NCBI RefSeq assembly: GCF_001194135.2 | Contig: NC_068982.1 | Location: forward strand, 115,404,688 to 115,442,374 | From: Octopus bimaculoides | Lineage: Eukaryota | Direction: 5' to 3' | Length of the DNA stretch: 37,687 nt | In this document: positions 22,360 through 34,973 of the stretch, piece by piece | How the letters are laid out: every line of letters begins with the position of its first letter | How positions within the stretch are numbered: position 1 is the first letter of the stretch | Program-made: the position numbers and the translations under genes | The notes under the pieces: generated by a model | Told to the model about the DNA's origin: nothing | The model's input: only the letters and a program-made list of their open reading frames with translations | The model's database searches: none

Positions 22360-22775
22360 GTATGTCTTCTATTTTTTTAATTATCATAAATCTTCCACTG
22401 AGGAGGGAGCTAGTTTCCAACAAGGATACAAGGCTCCATCTTTGGGATGTAGTTAACACAGACAAATTCACATTTGGAACTTGAGAGGAGTCTTGCATAT
22501 TTTTTCTGTTCGACTCACAGATTGCACTTGTAATGTACGAATTAGCTGCTCGATTTCTCTTTCTGAAAATCCCAGTTTATCCAGATTCTCCTGTAAGCTT
22601 TTACTAACAAAACCTAGTGCTCCAGTTATCATTGATATGAATTCATAGTCTAGATATAGAGGGTGGAGGTTTCGAAGCAGATGTCCATAGATATCCTCCT
22701 CTTCTTTGATTTTCAAAGAGATATTTATATCTGCAGGGCAGCTGACCTCTCTGATGGTACATACCTTTGCGTCAT
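22360..22775 (-). mobile_element. R4/Dong-type 3' end, a diverged second family
   Basis: KVCTIREVSCPADINISLKIKEEEDIYGHLLRNL..ITGALGFV..QVQSVSRTEKICKT parallels the C-terminus at 25560-25850. Flanked by (TATG)n on both sides. Confidence 0.8.
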
Positions 22776-24859
22776 ATGTATGTATGTATGTTATTTCGCA
22801 CAACTTAGCTACATAGCCTTATTACGTACAACTTGTATTGACTTAAACGCCAAATCGAAAGACAGCCAGTGTATACGTATATTTACAGTTCTGTCTAAAG
22901 ATCGTATTTTTCTATTGCTATTCTAGTCTCAGCCCTTCCATATCTGTCCGTTTTTCCTGTCTGCTCATCTTACACCCCAGCAGCTTCTGTTGCTGATATT
23001 TCCATATTGAACAATATCGATAGAAGGTGTCAAAATCGTGATGGTATTTAGTCGCCGACTAATGGGGGATAGAGGATATTTGCGTTCATTTGTGTGTATG
23101 TATTTTTGTTCTCCCCGTAAATTTATTTGTCGACCAAACTGTGATATGTTTTAAATAAATACATACATACATACAAGCAAATCTCTATACAACTTACTAA
23201 CAAAAAGTGAAGGAGATAGAAGTGATGTTTGGCGATAGCAAAAAGAGGATACTGATCACTATCAAGCAGGAACTAATAGCTGTCAATGAGAAACTCCGAC
23301 ATCAGAAGAAAACAACCGAGAGAAAAACAATAGACAAACAATTTAACCGGAACCAGGCAGTAACGTACAGAGATATGAGAGGAGAAACGGTGAACATCAT
23401 AGAAGCTCCTTCACTAGAAGACATAGACTCCTTCTGGAGGAAAATTTGGAACGAGGAGATGGAGTTTAACCAAGATGCTCTGTGGCTGGAAGAAATTTGA
23501 AGAAGTTATTGTCCCTGCATTACACCCAAGACAGACAGTATTGATGGTGATACCTTTATGACTGTAATCCAGAAACTTCAGGAAGGAAAAGCCCTTGGAA
23601 GAGACTTGATTGTTGGATACTAATACAAGCAGCTAACCTTCTAATGACCATATCTTATCAACCTATACGAGCAAGCTCTCAATAGGAATAGTAGCATATC
23701 AGACTAGTTAGCTCTGGCAGAGACAAAACTGATCCCCAAATGCAGAATCACTCACGTGAGCGTATTTAAACCTCTTCCTCTAAGACCATTGTGAAAGTAA
23801 TAGCATGATCACAGCAGAACAAGCTACTGGAGGAAGGATGTGTACCGAGCAATTGTTAGTAAACAAACCTGTAATATCAGAGGTGCGGGAGCATAGAAGG
23901 GACCTAGTTTAAATGTAACTAGACTACAAGAAAGCCTTTGACTCTGTCCCCTACTCATAGATGTTAGAAGCCCTTCGACAAGTCCCAGTGAACATAGTCA
24001 AAGCCATAGTTGACCTGACTTCATCATGGGCCACCATCTTGAAATTAAACAGAAGGATTGTATTACCACTGATAGAATACAGTATCGCAGAGGCACATTC
24101 CAAGGGATCAGCATTTCTGTGATGTTATTTATACTTTCTGTAAACTCCTTCTTACTCAGGTTGAGGATGTCTAAAGGATATCTCACTTGTTCCCAAGGAA
24201 ACAGAAATAGCAAAATTACACACTATTTTTTTGTGGATGACTCGAAACTATATGCCAAGAATATGATTGAGATGAAAAAGTGCCTTGACATGGTTACAAT
24301 ATTCTCAAAGGATATAGGGCTAGAGTTTGATCAAGATAAATGTTGCTATATGGTTGTGAAAAGAGAGAAAACTGTAAACCAGACTTGGAACATCTCCATC
24401 AACAACTTGACTGTTTCCTCTATATCTGATGAGTAATGTTACAGGTATCATGGGGTAGACGAAAACATATCTTACAATGGCACCTGTAACAATTTTACAG
24501 TCAAATAAAAAAAATTTGGACCTTGGAACTCTCTGCATTCAATAAAACAGTGGCCTTCAATCTGTTTGTAATGCCAGTACTCTTACCGACATTTGGGCTG
24601 TTTGATTGGACTCTTGATGGGATCCGAGCCATTGATGTGAAAACCCAGAAGATACTAACGAGCACATCAATTCAGACTGCTTTTGAATGTCGTATCATTT
24701 CCCTTCCTCAATATCTTTTAACCACCAAGTATGGAAGTGCATCCCCTGACCATGTTTGCGTACATGAGGCTGATAACATCATAAGACTTGGAAAGCAGCT
24801 CCTTGAGCAGCATTCCTTATCTGATAATCTTAAATACATGCCCAAAGAAGTCATACGAT

Positions 24860-25009
24860 CACTAGCGTAGCTAGAGTGTGTTCCGCCCGGGGCAGCTCTT
24901 CCTTTTGTTACCTCCGGACACCACAAAAAACACGTATTGCCTACAGTAAATACAAAAGTGCCGCTCGGGGCGGACCGCCCTTACCGCCCCCATCCCAGCT
25001 ACACTAGTG
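24860..25009. mobile_element. 150-bp hAT-type MITE
   Basis: 13-bp TIR CACTAG(C/T)GTAGCT and degenerate 8-bp TSD catacgat/cgtacgac. Absent from the homologous site near 13085. Confidence 0.8.
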
Positions 25010-25857
25010 CGTACGACTCTACTGCAATGTATCATGAGATGAAAGGAAGAACATATATCAGCAGAAGACTATGCATGGATAAGTTCGTAGAAAGCTGTGA
25101 GATGATAGTAACATTGATCATCAAAGTAGTCTATAATGGACCAACAACTGGATTACTATCTTGCAATTTAAAGGGTATGCGTTTGCAATCCAGGAACAGA
25201 AAATATCAACCAAATACCTGATGCACAGAAGGGACAGAGATGCAGGGAAAAGCAGCAAAATGTGACAACCAATGCAGACTTAGTGGAGTTCACACTGAAG
25301 AAATCGCCTACATCATAAGCAGTTGTCTGAAAATGTCATCACGGTATTATCTACCGATGAGAGATGATGTTGTAGCTAGGACACTGTATAACGAGATCCG
25401 TCGGAAGGATAACTCCGAGGACAGAAAAAAAATAAGAACCCACAGTATGGTGGAAGCCATAGCCACTCATACTAAAAAGGAGTACCCGTGGAATGACCCA
25501 GTGAAAACCTCAATAAAATGTAAACACAATAGACCTGACATAATGATTTGGGATAGAGAAGAGAAACTGTGTACAGTTGTGGAAATTGGCTGCCCAGCAG
25601 ATGTTAGCATAAAGCTGAAAATAAGTGAAAAAGAAAATACCTATGCTGAACTATTGAGAAATCTGCAGTTACTCTATCCAGATTACAAGTTTAAGTTTAT
25701 ACTTGCAGTTATTGGGGCACTGCCTAAATACCAATCTTGAGAAATTAGGCTTCTTAAAACCAGAAAGGAAAAAGCTAATTCGAAGACTACAGATCCAATC
25801 TATCACTGGAATTGTGAAAATCTGTAAAACTTTCCAGAAGTTTATCATTTAAGTATA

Positions 25858-26849
25858 TGTAGAGAAACGACCGTGCGAACCAAAGGAGAATGGTGACGAA
25901 TGGAACAGGCTCCTTTTAACGCGTCGCACGGTCGACACAAAATATGATATATTATATTATATATGTTATAATACTATAACATAGAGAACTAGGAAATGCC
26001 AGTAAGGAAAAGATAGGGAGTCAACCGATAAAGATGTATAACAGTAAGGTTTATTAGAGCATTAAACTGTATGTCTGTGTGTGAGTGTATGCGACATAAT
26101 AAAACACAATATAAGACAGGCCGTCATGTAAACAAAAGAGTGTATGTATACAAATATATGTATGTGAATGCAAGCGATACAGAGCACATAGAAAAGAGTC
26201 TGTAACACGGATAAGAAAATACCAGTTCTCAGTTAAGGTACACAGTAGTTAGAAAGTCTGTATATAAGAGGTTGAGGCGTTGAGGCAGAGCTAAGTCACT
26301 TGTCGTGCAGTTGAGGCTTCTATGCCGAGCCGGGCTACTTGATACAGGGGTTTCTCGCAGGTGTCGAATTCTGGCTGTTATTTCGTGGTAAAACAATTCA
26401 CGCAAACAGTAGTGTTGAGAGAAGCTGCGGTTGCAGTTGATAGCTTGTGTACGTAGAGACGTAGTGTTGACGTTGGGGACGAAGGTTGTAGTAAATAGTT
26501 GAACGATGGTGTTGATGTCGTCGCTGGAAACTGGCTGGTTGGTGTTACGTGGTCAACGACCAGATCTTAGAAGATCTGAAGCCGCGACGAAATGACGCGG
26601 ATAAAACAGGCTATTTATAGGTAAAGGGAGGCTCCAGAAACATTAGGAAAACACTCTCTCACGTGACCTTATTAGATGGCCACGATTGGTCGGTATGCAC
26701 CCTGGCGCGAAACAGGACTGGAGACATAATGCCGCGCAAATAAAAGTCAGTCAGGGTGATGGACACAGCGGGGGCCAAGGCAGGAAAGAGATGTTACCTG
26801 CTACGTTCGCATTTGTAAATAAATAACCGAGAGAAGTGGTTTCACTACA
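25858..26849 (-). mobile_element. 992-bp solo LTR (Ty3/gypsy-like)
   Basis: TG...CA ends, 11-bp terminal inverted repeat TGTAG(A/T)GAAAC, 4-bp TSD TATA (25854-57, 26850-53). Empty site seen near 12685. Minus-strand TATAAATA at 26619-26612 and AATAAA at 26055-26050. Confidence 0.85.
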
Positions 26850-27064
26850 TATATATGAGAATGTCTAGACATGCAAGTATATGCATGAGAATACGTACAT
26901 AAAACAAAACTTACAAATTTGCTCACATACATACATACATACATACATACGTACGTACGTACGTACATACATACATACATACATACATACATACATACAT
27001 ACATACATAAATACATAAATACATGGTCAGCCATTATTATGATTGACAGTTGACTGAACACTAT

Positions 27065-27235
27065 TCAATTTTTTTTCTCCGTGTTTTTCTCCTTGTCTCC
27101 GTATTCTTTCTGTTGAAGAGCTTAGCTCGAAACGTCAAAGACTTTCCGTATTCCCGAGCGTCATACTAATACATCCTTTTGTTATTTACACCACCTGTCC
27201 TCGTCTGTTGTTGTTTTTTCGTATATTCTCCCACA
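27065..27235 (+). mobile_element. Penelope-like terminal repeat fragment
   Basis: ttgaagagcttagctcgaaacgtcaaagac resembles the Penelope-like tail motif. Confidence 0.5.
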
Positions 27236-27317
27236 TTCATACATACAAAAGTACCCTGTTGATGTTGAAATTCCAGTGACGGATTCTTGGAGGATCTAGG
27301 TGAGAAACAGATTCTTC

Positions 27318-27876
27318 GGATCTTTTTTAAAACGGGGGCCACATTTTTCATTAATGTTTTACGTAGTGTTTTTGGTACCGAAAGACTTTCAAACTTCGTA
27401 TACTTATCTATTTTGTGTTATAGAACAGAAAAATATTTCTGTATTCGAATTTATTTCATGTAAAAAATTGTCTTATTTCGATAATTTCAACCAATCACTG
27501 ACAAGTATTCAGTTGTTTATATTTACTCCTTTGGCTGATTAAGCGGTGTAAAGCGTATTTAATTTCCATAGCTTCGTTTTGCTTTTTTCTTTTTAAATTT
27601 GCTGTTTTACCCTAATCCTAACCCTATCACCGATAGAATTGTTTCAGAATCGTTTGTTTATGTAGTCGGCACTTAATGTATATCGGCTGAATGGACGTCA
27701 GTGATTGGTTGAAATTACAGAAATACGACAACTTTAACATGGAATAACTTAGGGATTTCTTTTTTTTTTAAGAAGACTAAGAAAAAAAGATGTTTTATAT
27801 GACACATTCTACCAGTGTTCCAAGTTTCAAAGTGTTTCGTTAATGAAAAATGTGGCCCCCGTTTTAAAAAAGATCC
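27318..27876. mobile_element. MITE with perfect 37-bp TIRs (Merlin-like)
   Basis: TIR ggatcttttttaaaacgggggccacatttttcattaa at 27318-27354 and 27840-27876. Flanks gattcttc/aaataggg show no TSD. Confidence 0.85.
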
Positions 27877-28297
27877 AAATAGGGTTTATGCTGATAAGAG
27901 ACAGAAAATCATTTGTCTAGCTTGACCTCATTTAGTTAGAAGTAAATATAAATACGGAACTTAAAATCGGTTCCATCTTGTTGATTATTCGGGCTCTGGT
28001 CAAAGAGTATCTCCTTGCCTTCACTTATGGACTGTCATCGCGTGACAATACAACTTTCACCCTATCTACTTGTCAGCCCAGAGAGGCAGACTCTCTTACT
28101 CACTCTCGTTTTCCCATCAGTCCTACCACAGTCATTCAAAGATGTTGTATCCTGCATTGTATCGTTGAAAATAAAGGTATATTTCAATTAATAATATTTT
28201 TTCCCTTTCGTTTATTTGCAACATGCAATTGTTATACATGCATATGTATGTATGTATGTATGTGTGTGTGTATGTATGTATGTATGTATGTATGTGT

Positions 28298-28674
28298 GGA
28301 GGCGCAATGGCCCTGTGGTTAGGGCAGTGGACTCGCGGTTTCGATTCCCAGACTGAGCATTGTGAGTGTTTATTGAGCGAAAACACCAAAAGCTCCATGA
28401 GGCTCCGGCAGGGGATGGTGGCGAACCCTGCTGTACTCTTCCACCACAACTTTCTTTCACTCTTACTTCCTGTTTCTGTTGTGCCTGTTATTCAAAGGGC
28501 CAGCCTTGTCGCACTGTGTCACGCTGAATATCCCCGAGAACTACGTTAAGGGTACGCGTGTCTGTGGAGTGCTCAGCCACTTGCACGTTAATTTCACGAG
28601 CAGGCTGTTCCGTTGATCGGATCAACTGGAACCCTTGACGTTGTAATCGACGGAGTGCCAACAACAACAACAAC
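28298..28674 (+). mobile_element. Near-complete tRNA-derived SINE with (CAA)n tail, inserted in (TATG)n
   Basis: A-box TGGCCCTGTGGTTAGG, B-box GGTTTCGATTCCC, tail caacaacaacaacaac. Confidence 0.85.
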
Positions 28675-29173
28675 ATGTATGTGTGTATGTATGTATGTAT
28701 TTGAACATTTTGAACTTTTTGAGTACTTTGTTACTTCGTATGTTACTAACTTAGCTACTTTCTTTCTTTATCCTCTATTTCTTATTCCGACATACTGATC
28801 ATAGACCTTTCCTCTTCTGCTTCTACCACCGTCTCAAACATTACTTCACCATGTTTCCTGCGAGCTCCAGCCCTCCCTTAACCTTTCCTTATACATTAAT
28901 AAAATAAAAAGCAGCATGACTTGCCTCATCCACAGACAGCATAAAAAGAGGCAGACTTTCCCCCTGTCACTTGCCGACGTGACATCATCTGGTCCCTTCT
29001 GATCTTCCTGTGCCGTCTCTCCTTCTCCCTTCTGATCAATTACCCTTCCACCACATGCCCCCTTGATCTAAAGATTTCTGCTCCCCTTGTTCTGTTTCAT
29101 AATTGTCCATCCAAGTAGTGGTGGTGGTGGTGGTGGGGCGACGTTCCCTTTCAGATTTCTGTAGGGTCACAGG

Positions 29174-30066
29174 TAGGGATGTCACTGATGGGTTTTTCCA
29201 CCAAGATCTGGGTTTTGCGAACAATGATGGGTTTATGGGTTTTAATTTCCAAATTTACATTACATCTGGTGTTTTAAGTTAGTTTTGGCTGCAAACTTAT
29301 CTTTTAAAGAGAATTCGGTGTCATACTCTTTGTATGCAATATGTAGCAAAGTTGCACCTCTTCTAATACTTTGTAAACTTTCTATACATCATCCATAATC
29401 ATTTCACATAATGAATTTATCGATACAAATATTGTAAGTGACATAATTACTGATTGTATGCGTTCATTATTTGCTTATACTTGTATCATACTGGGCAACT
29501 ACAAGTTACAATACGTTGGTGGCCGCTTGTACATTTGTCTGAAACTCTGACTCCACCAGTTGACAGCTTGACTATGTTGATGGTGTACGCTTTGATTGTT
29601 ACTCAGGATTTAAAACTTGTTTAACAGCATTTTGAGTGAGTGTTTTTGCTTTGTAACCCTTTGCGAAGTAATAGAAGACAATAGTGTATCCAAAAGAGGA
29701 AGTGGAAGTGGTACAGCCAAAATTTTAAGAAGTCGTGGTTAGAGGATGTTGAGCTTAAAAATTGGTTACAACAAGATGATAAAAATCCCGACACTTGCTA
29801 CTGTGTTTGTTGCAACGTTGTGTTGAAAAATGCTAACAAATCAATGCTGTTAGATCATAAAACACTGCCAAACACAAGAAAGCTTTTGATTGTGCAAAAT
29901 CTGCTATTAAATTAGATTCATTTATTGTTAAAAAAACACATGATACATTAAATGAAAAAGTAGCTAAGGCAGACTTGCTACTAACAGATTATGTTGCTGA
30001 ACATCCCTCGGTTCGACCAAAGCCTTGTGAGTGGATTTGGTAGACGGAAACTGAAAGAAGCCCGTC

Positions 30067-30112
<46 letters not shown>

Positions 30113-30565
30113 ATGTTTGTGTGCCTGTGTTTGTCCCCCTAGCATTGCTTGACAATCGATGCTGGTGTGTTTATGTCCCCGTCACTTAGCGGTTCGGCAA
30201 AAAGAGACCGATAGAATAAGTACTAGGCTTACAAAGAATAAGTCCCGGGGTTGATTTGCTCGACTAAAGGCGGTGCTCCAGCATGGCTGCAGTCAAATGA
30301 CTGAAACAAGTAAAAGAGTAAAGAGAAAGAGTATACATTATGCAAGACAAAATTGCACGTTATAAACGAAATGAAATCTTGGAAATTCTCAAGAAACAAA
30401 AGTTTCCATTATTGATAGATGAGAGTTCAGACATCTCATTGACACAAATCTTAGCAATAGTTGTTTGCTTTTTTGATGAACAATCGCTTAATGTCAAGGA
30501 TGCTCTTCTGGATGCAATTGTAGTAGAAAATGGTTCATCTCAGCGTTTGTATGATGCCCTCAAGT
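29174..30565 (+). pseudogene. hAT transposon fossil: left end, BED zinc finger and first catalytic Asp
   Basis: Ac-like terminus TAGGGATG at 29174. From 29691: YSQNFKKSWL..WLQQ..CYCVCC..LLDH..TAKH. From 30340: FPLLIDESSDISLTQILAIVV. Split by a SINE and truncated by an RTE. Confidence 0.8.
30007..30331 (+). mobile_element. 5'-truncated cephalopod SINE with internal (TA)n/(TG)n, nested in the hAT fossil
   Basis: gaccaaagccttgtgagtggatttggtagacggaaactgaaagaagcc ... cagtcaaatgactgaaacaagtaaaagag. Confidence 0.8.
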
Positions 30566-30566
30566 C

Positions 30567-30830
30567 TCACCAACAAGAGATTGCCATCTATCTTGATCTT
30601 AGGCAATGGTTTGCAGTTATTCCCCAGATTGTAGTTGCCTGCCTGTGCTTCAGTTTCTGTAGACATTCTCCATGTTTTTTTGTTTTTTTTTGGTCTGTCA
30701 CACTTGTCCCTTCTTTGGGTGTCCACTGGAGGGCTTACTTTGTAATATTGGAAACATTTTCCATAGGGTGTGTCCCAGTCAAACCACATTTCCTCCACTT
30801 GATTTGGGCTTTGATAGGTTACTGGTTCAC
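30567..30830 (-). mobile_element. RTE-clade LINE 3' end (third family)
   Basis: Across frameshifts: QIKWRK..G.H, NITK*ALQWTP, RPKK..TWRMSTETEA and A*DQDRWQSLVG, matching the RTE WIGHTLR/ALxWNP/GRPKxTW/DRxRW pattern. Confidence 0.65.
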
Positions 30831-32049
30831 CTTTTCCTGAGAAAGTATTTGATAATGTGGACAGGGTGACACTGGAAATTGGTATCACTGTCATCATACT
30901 TTGAGTGATTATTACTTTGGTCAGATTTGCTTATGATTGATTAACATGTCAACTTGTACATGGTGAAACTTTAATGCAACTATTCTCTGTCCTGATGTGA
31001 GTTGGGCAAGTGAGACAAAGATGTCTACTATATCCTCTTCTTTTGCTAATGACAATTGACTAAGTGATGAAAGAAACAACCGAAGTACAAGAGGAATACC
31101 AAGGTTAAACAGTAGCATCATTAATAATCATGGTTGTTTGCCTAGGACTGTTGACACCTCTCATTTGCAATGTTTTCTTCATATCTGAACATTAAAAAGA
31201 AAGAAAGAAAGAAAGAAAGAAAGAGAGAAAGGAAGAAAAGCAAAACAGAGAGTGTGAGAGAGAAAGAAAGAAGAAAGACATATTTTACCCTCTGAAGTTC
31301 TATTACAATTGAATGAAGATCTAGGTTTGAGAGAAACAACAAATGCTACAGATAGAAATGCAGCAAAGCAAATCCATAGACCCAGTTTTCAGTGACATGA
31401 TGGTACTACTGCTGTTGTTGATTGTATTTAATTAGCTATCCTTCAGGTAACACCCTGCTAACTTCAGCTTTGTCATTTCTCTTATTCAACAAAGTACCTG
31501 TCATATTGTGCAAAATTATGCTGGTTGTATCCGCTTCTCAAGAAATTGATCTGTGTATATGTATTTATGTATATTTTGTGTGTATGTGTTTTGGTGTGTA
31601 AATTTACATGTGGTATCTGAGTATGTGTGTGTGTGTTACAAGTATTCAGACTTGTCTGGTTCTCTTTCTATCCACATTTTCCACAAATAACTTAACCTAC
31701 AAATGTTCTAGCTGGACATTGGCTGTATCACTGACATTACTCTCACCCACATCACTCCTCTAACTAGCTCATAAAAAATAGTATGCCATGCATGTGTGCA
31801 CGTGTATGTGTGTGTGTGTGTATGAGTGTGTGTATGTGTGCATGTGTATGTGTCAGAGAGAGAGAGAGAGAGTATGTGTGTGTGTGTGTGTGTGCGTTTA
31901 TGATGGAAGGTGAGTAAGCTGTGTGAACAACAGAACTGGTGAGTGTAAGCAAAAGCAAAAAGAAGCCAAAGTGCCTTGTAATCCCTGATCAAGTAAACTA
32001 CTGGTATATAAGTGTTCCAATATATTGTGCATCACACTACCCACAGATA

Positions 32050-32270
32050 ATCCTACCTCCTAAATAACAGCAGATCCTTTTGGATCCTTGCCAAAAAATT
32101 ACCACCAGCTTTTTAGAAACTGTTTTTCCTCCATTTCTGAACTGTAACAGTCTTGTGAGCAGTATTCCAAAGAATAAATACTCCACATTTACTGCCTGTC
32201 TTATATCCAGCTCTACACTGTACGCATTTAGTAAATCTTTAAAATATTCATTTGCACTCCACCAGACTCC
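32050..32270 (-). mobile_element. Old LINE (RTE-like) pre-RT fragment
   Basis: Open frame with WWSANEYFKDLLN and FRNGGKTVSKKLVVIF, resembling RWxEYFxxLLN and LKxGGE motifs. Confidence 0.45.
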
Positions 32271-33927
32271 CTACCACACATAATATAAATGTTAAAATCT
32301 AAATAGGGCCTCAAAGTTTTCCATCTTGATTATTCTCAAGGCAATTCTCCCATTTCATCTCGCTTAATGAGAAGAAGGAGGAGGAGGAGGTGTACATTCT
32401 GGGCTATCTTATTAAAAGAATAACTAGGAAAAATACCCAGGAATGCCTACTGTATGAATGCTTGATAGTAAAGTGGGGACCAGCATACTTGAGAAGTCAA
32501 GAATAGTAAATACACTTACAAAAAGAAAGGTTTGGTAAAGAAGAAAAAATAACAAAGAAAGCATAGAAAATGAGTTGCTTTATGGACAGCTTTTGTGGCA
32601 TAGAGAGGCTTGGTATTGTTGTCTGTGTGACCTAAAAATGAGGCTGGATTAACTTCCTGATTAACATTTGTGTATATCAATTAAGAAAAGAAAATATGAA
32701 ATAAATAATAAATGAAATAAAAGAGGGTAAAAAATTAGAATGGTTTTTTAATCAAATGGTGGATTGATGAATGTGTCTGATGAATGTGACATTATAAAGA
32801 AGGAAAGTAATGACACAATTAGTAGAGAACAAATGTATAATTAATCATATGTTTTAATTCTCTCAAGCCAAAGTATGTATGTATGTGTGTATGTATGTAT
32901 GTATGTATGTGTGTATGTATGTATGTACATACATATGCACACATGCACGCATGCATGCATGTATGTACACATGCATGCATGTATGTACTTGCTTAAACAC
33001 ACATATATCTAATACACTTAAACGTACATATAACTATTTATACATACACACACACATATATATATACACATGTACACACATGCTCACACACAGACATAGA
33101 CACACACACACATACTCACACACACTATAAAGAAAGAAATATGAGGACAATATGACGCCATTTTATAAGTTGTAGAATGTTTTCAAAGTGTCATAATAAA
33201 GTTTCTCTTCTTCTGTGATGTTAAAATATTCATANNNNNNNNNNCATGCATGTATGTACACATGCATGCATGTATGTACTTGCTTAAACACACATATATC
33301 TAATACACTTAAACGTACATATAACTATTTATACATACACACACACATATATATATACACATGTACACACATGCTCACACACAGACATAGACACACACAC
33401 ACACACTCACACACACTATAAAGAAAGAAATATGAGGACAATATGACGCCATTTTATAAGTTGTAGAATGTTTTCAAAGTGTCATAATAAAGTTTCTCTT
33501 CTTCTGTGATGTTAAAATATTCATAGACCCATTTAAATTTACAATCATTATCCTAAATGAAGAAAAAAGAGGATAAACAACAAGAAGACAAATCCCTCTT
33601 ATAGGCTTGTACTAAAGTATGTGGAGGTGAACTAAGAGATTTTAATTCGTTCAAATTACACTCATAGTAAAGAGTACAGATAATTAGTCTAATGAGTAAT
33701 TCTGGTTAAGAAATGTTGGGGAGAGAATAATGAAATTTAAATTCATAAAATTTATTTTAATTAGAATATCAAGTTTGAGGTTTTTTTTAATTTGATGATA
33801 TTTGTGTTGTTATTAAAGGACATTAATAATGTAAGAGATAGTTCTAACGAGAAGCCGAAACAGGGTCATAGACAATAGTGTCCACCATACATACTGAAAA
33901 AATAAAAATAAAAACATCCAGAGTGTA

Positions 33928-33959
<32 letters not shown>

Positions 33960-34304
33960 TGAGTAGTAGTTGTTATAGTGGTGTAGCACCAGGCTAAACC
34001 TGATGGAGGAGACATATGATATGAAAGTAAATGGCTAAATGACAAGATACAACTCACACTTTTATCTTCCTAGTTGTACCATGTCACTCTGTCTAGCTGA
34101 GCTTGATTTTGCGCTCTCTCACATACAATGATGAACCACATGGTGTGCAGTGTAATAATTATTCTTTCTACTGTCTAATCTATTTCTGTATGCTTTCAGA
34201 TTTTGGTGGTGGCCACAGGGAAGATGGTTGGGTGTGACAGTTGCTGTTCCTCTGTAGTTATTATTGATGTTGTATTTTTCAATACAATGTTTGGGACCAC
34301 TGAA

Positions 34305-34973
34305 GGATCTTTTTTAAAACGGGGGCCACATTTTTCATTAACGAAACACTTTGAAACTTGGAACACTGGTAGAATGTGTCATATAAAACATCTTTTTCTC
34401 TTAGTCTTCTCAAAAAAAAAAGAAATCCCTAAGTTATTCCATGTTAAAGTTGTCGTATTTCTGTAATTTCAACCAATCACTGACGTCCATTCAGCCGATA
34501 TACATTAAGTGCCGACTACATAAACAAACGATNNNNNNNNNNNNNNNNNNNNNNNNNNNNNNNNNNNNNNNNNNNNNNNNNNNNNNNNNNNNNNNNNNNN
34601 NNNNNNNNNNNNNNNNNNNNNNNNNNNNNNNNNNNNNNNNNNNAGCAAATTTAAAAAGAAAAAAGCAAATAAAACGAAGAAAAAAAAAAGAAAATGAAAA
34701 AAGCAAATTTAAAATGAAAAAAAGCAAATAAAACGAAGCTATGGCTTAATCAGCCAAAGGAGTAAATATAAACAACTGAATACTTGTCAGTGATTGGTTG
34801 AAATTATCGAAATAAGACAATTTTTTACATGAAATAAATTCGAATACAAAAATATTTTTCTGTTCTATAACACAAAATAAATAAGTATATGAAGTTTGAA
34901 AGTCTTTCGGTACCAAAAACACTACGTAAAACATTAATGAAAAATGTGGCCCCCCCCGTTTTAAAAAAGATCC
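34305..34973. mobile_element. Second copy of the Merlin-like MITE, opposite orientation, spanning a gap
   Basis: Same TIR, with a perfect 8-bp TSD CCACTGAA at 34297-34304 and 34974-34981. Confidence 0.9.

Larger units (their letters stand above)
23176..27010 (+). mobile_element. 5'-truncated R4/Dong-clade non-LTR retrotransposon (RT, CCHC, REL endonuclease), decayed, hosting two nested insertions
   Basis: SFWRKIW, KAPGRDLI, YRRGTFQG.S.SVMLFILSVN, HYFFVDDSKLY, CDNQCRL...EEIAYIISSC and KHNRPDIMIWD..VVEIGCP. The 3' UTR resumes at 26850 and ends in (TACA)n. Confidence 0.9.

Noticed and set aside
28298-28375. tRNA gene
   Set aside because: A/B boxes are present but continue into a SINE body and (CAA)n tail, with no full cloverleaf.
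30340-30897. Overlapping 166-aa (+) and 120-aa (-) ORFs as host genes
   Set aside because: Explained by the hAT fragment joined to a frameshifted RTE 3' end.
32954-33525. ~280-bp near-perfect tandem duplication
   Set aside because: The copies flank a 10-N gap (33235-33244), typical of unmerged contig overlap.
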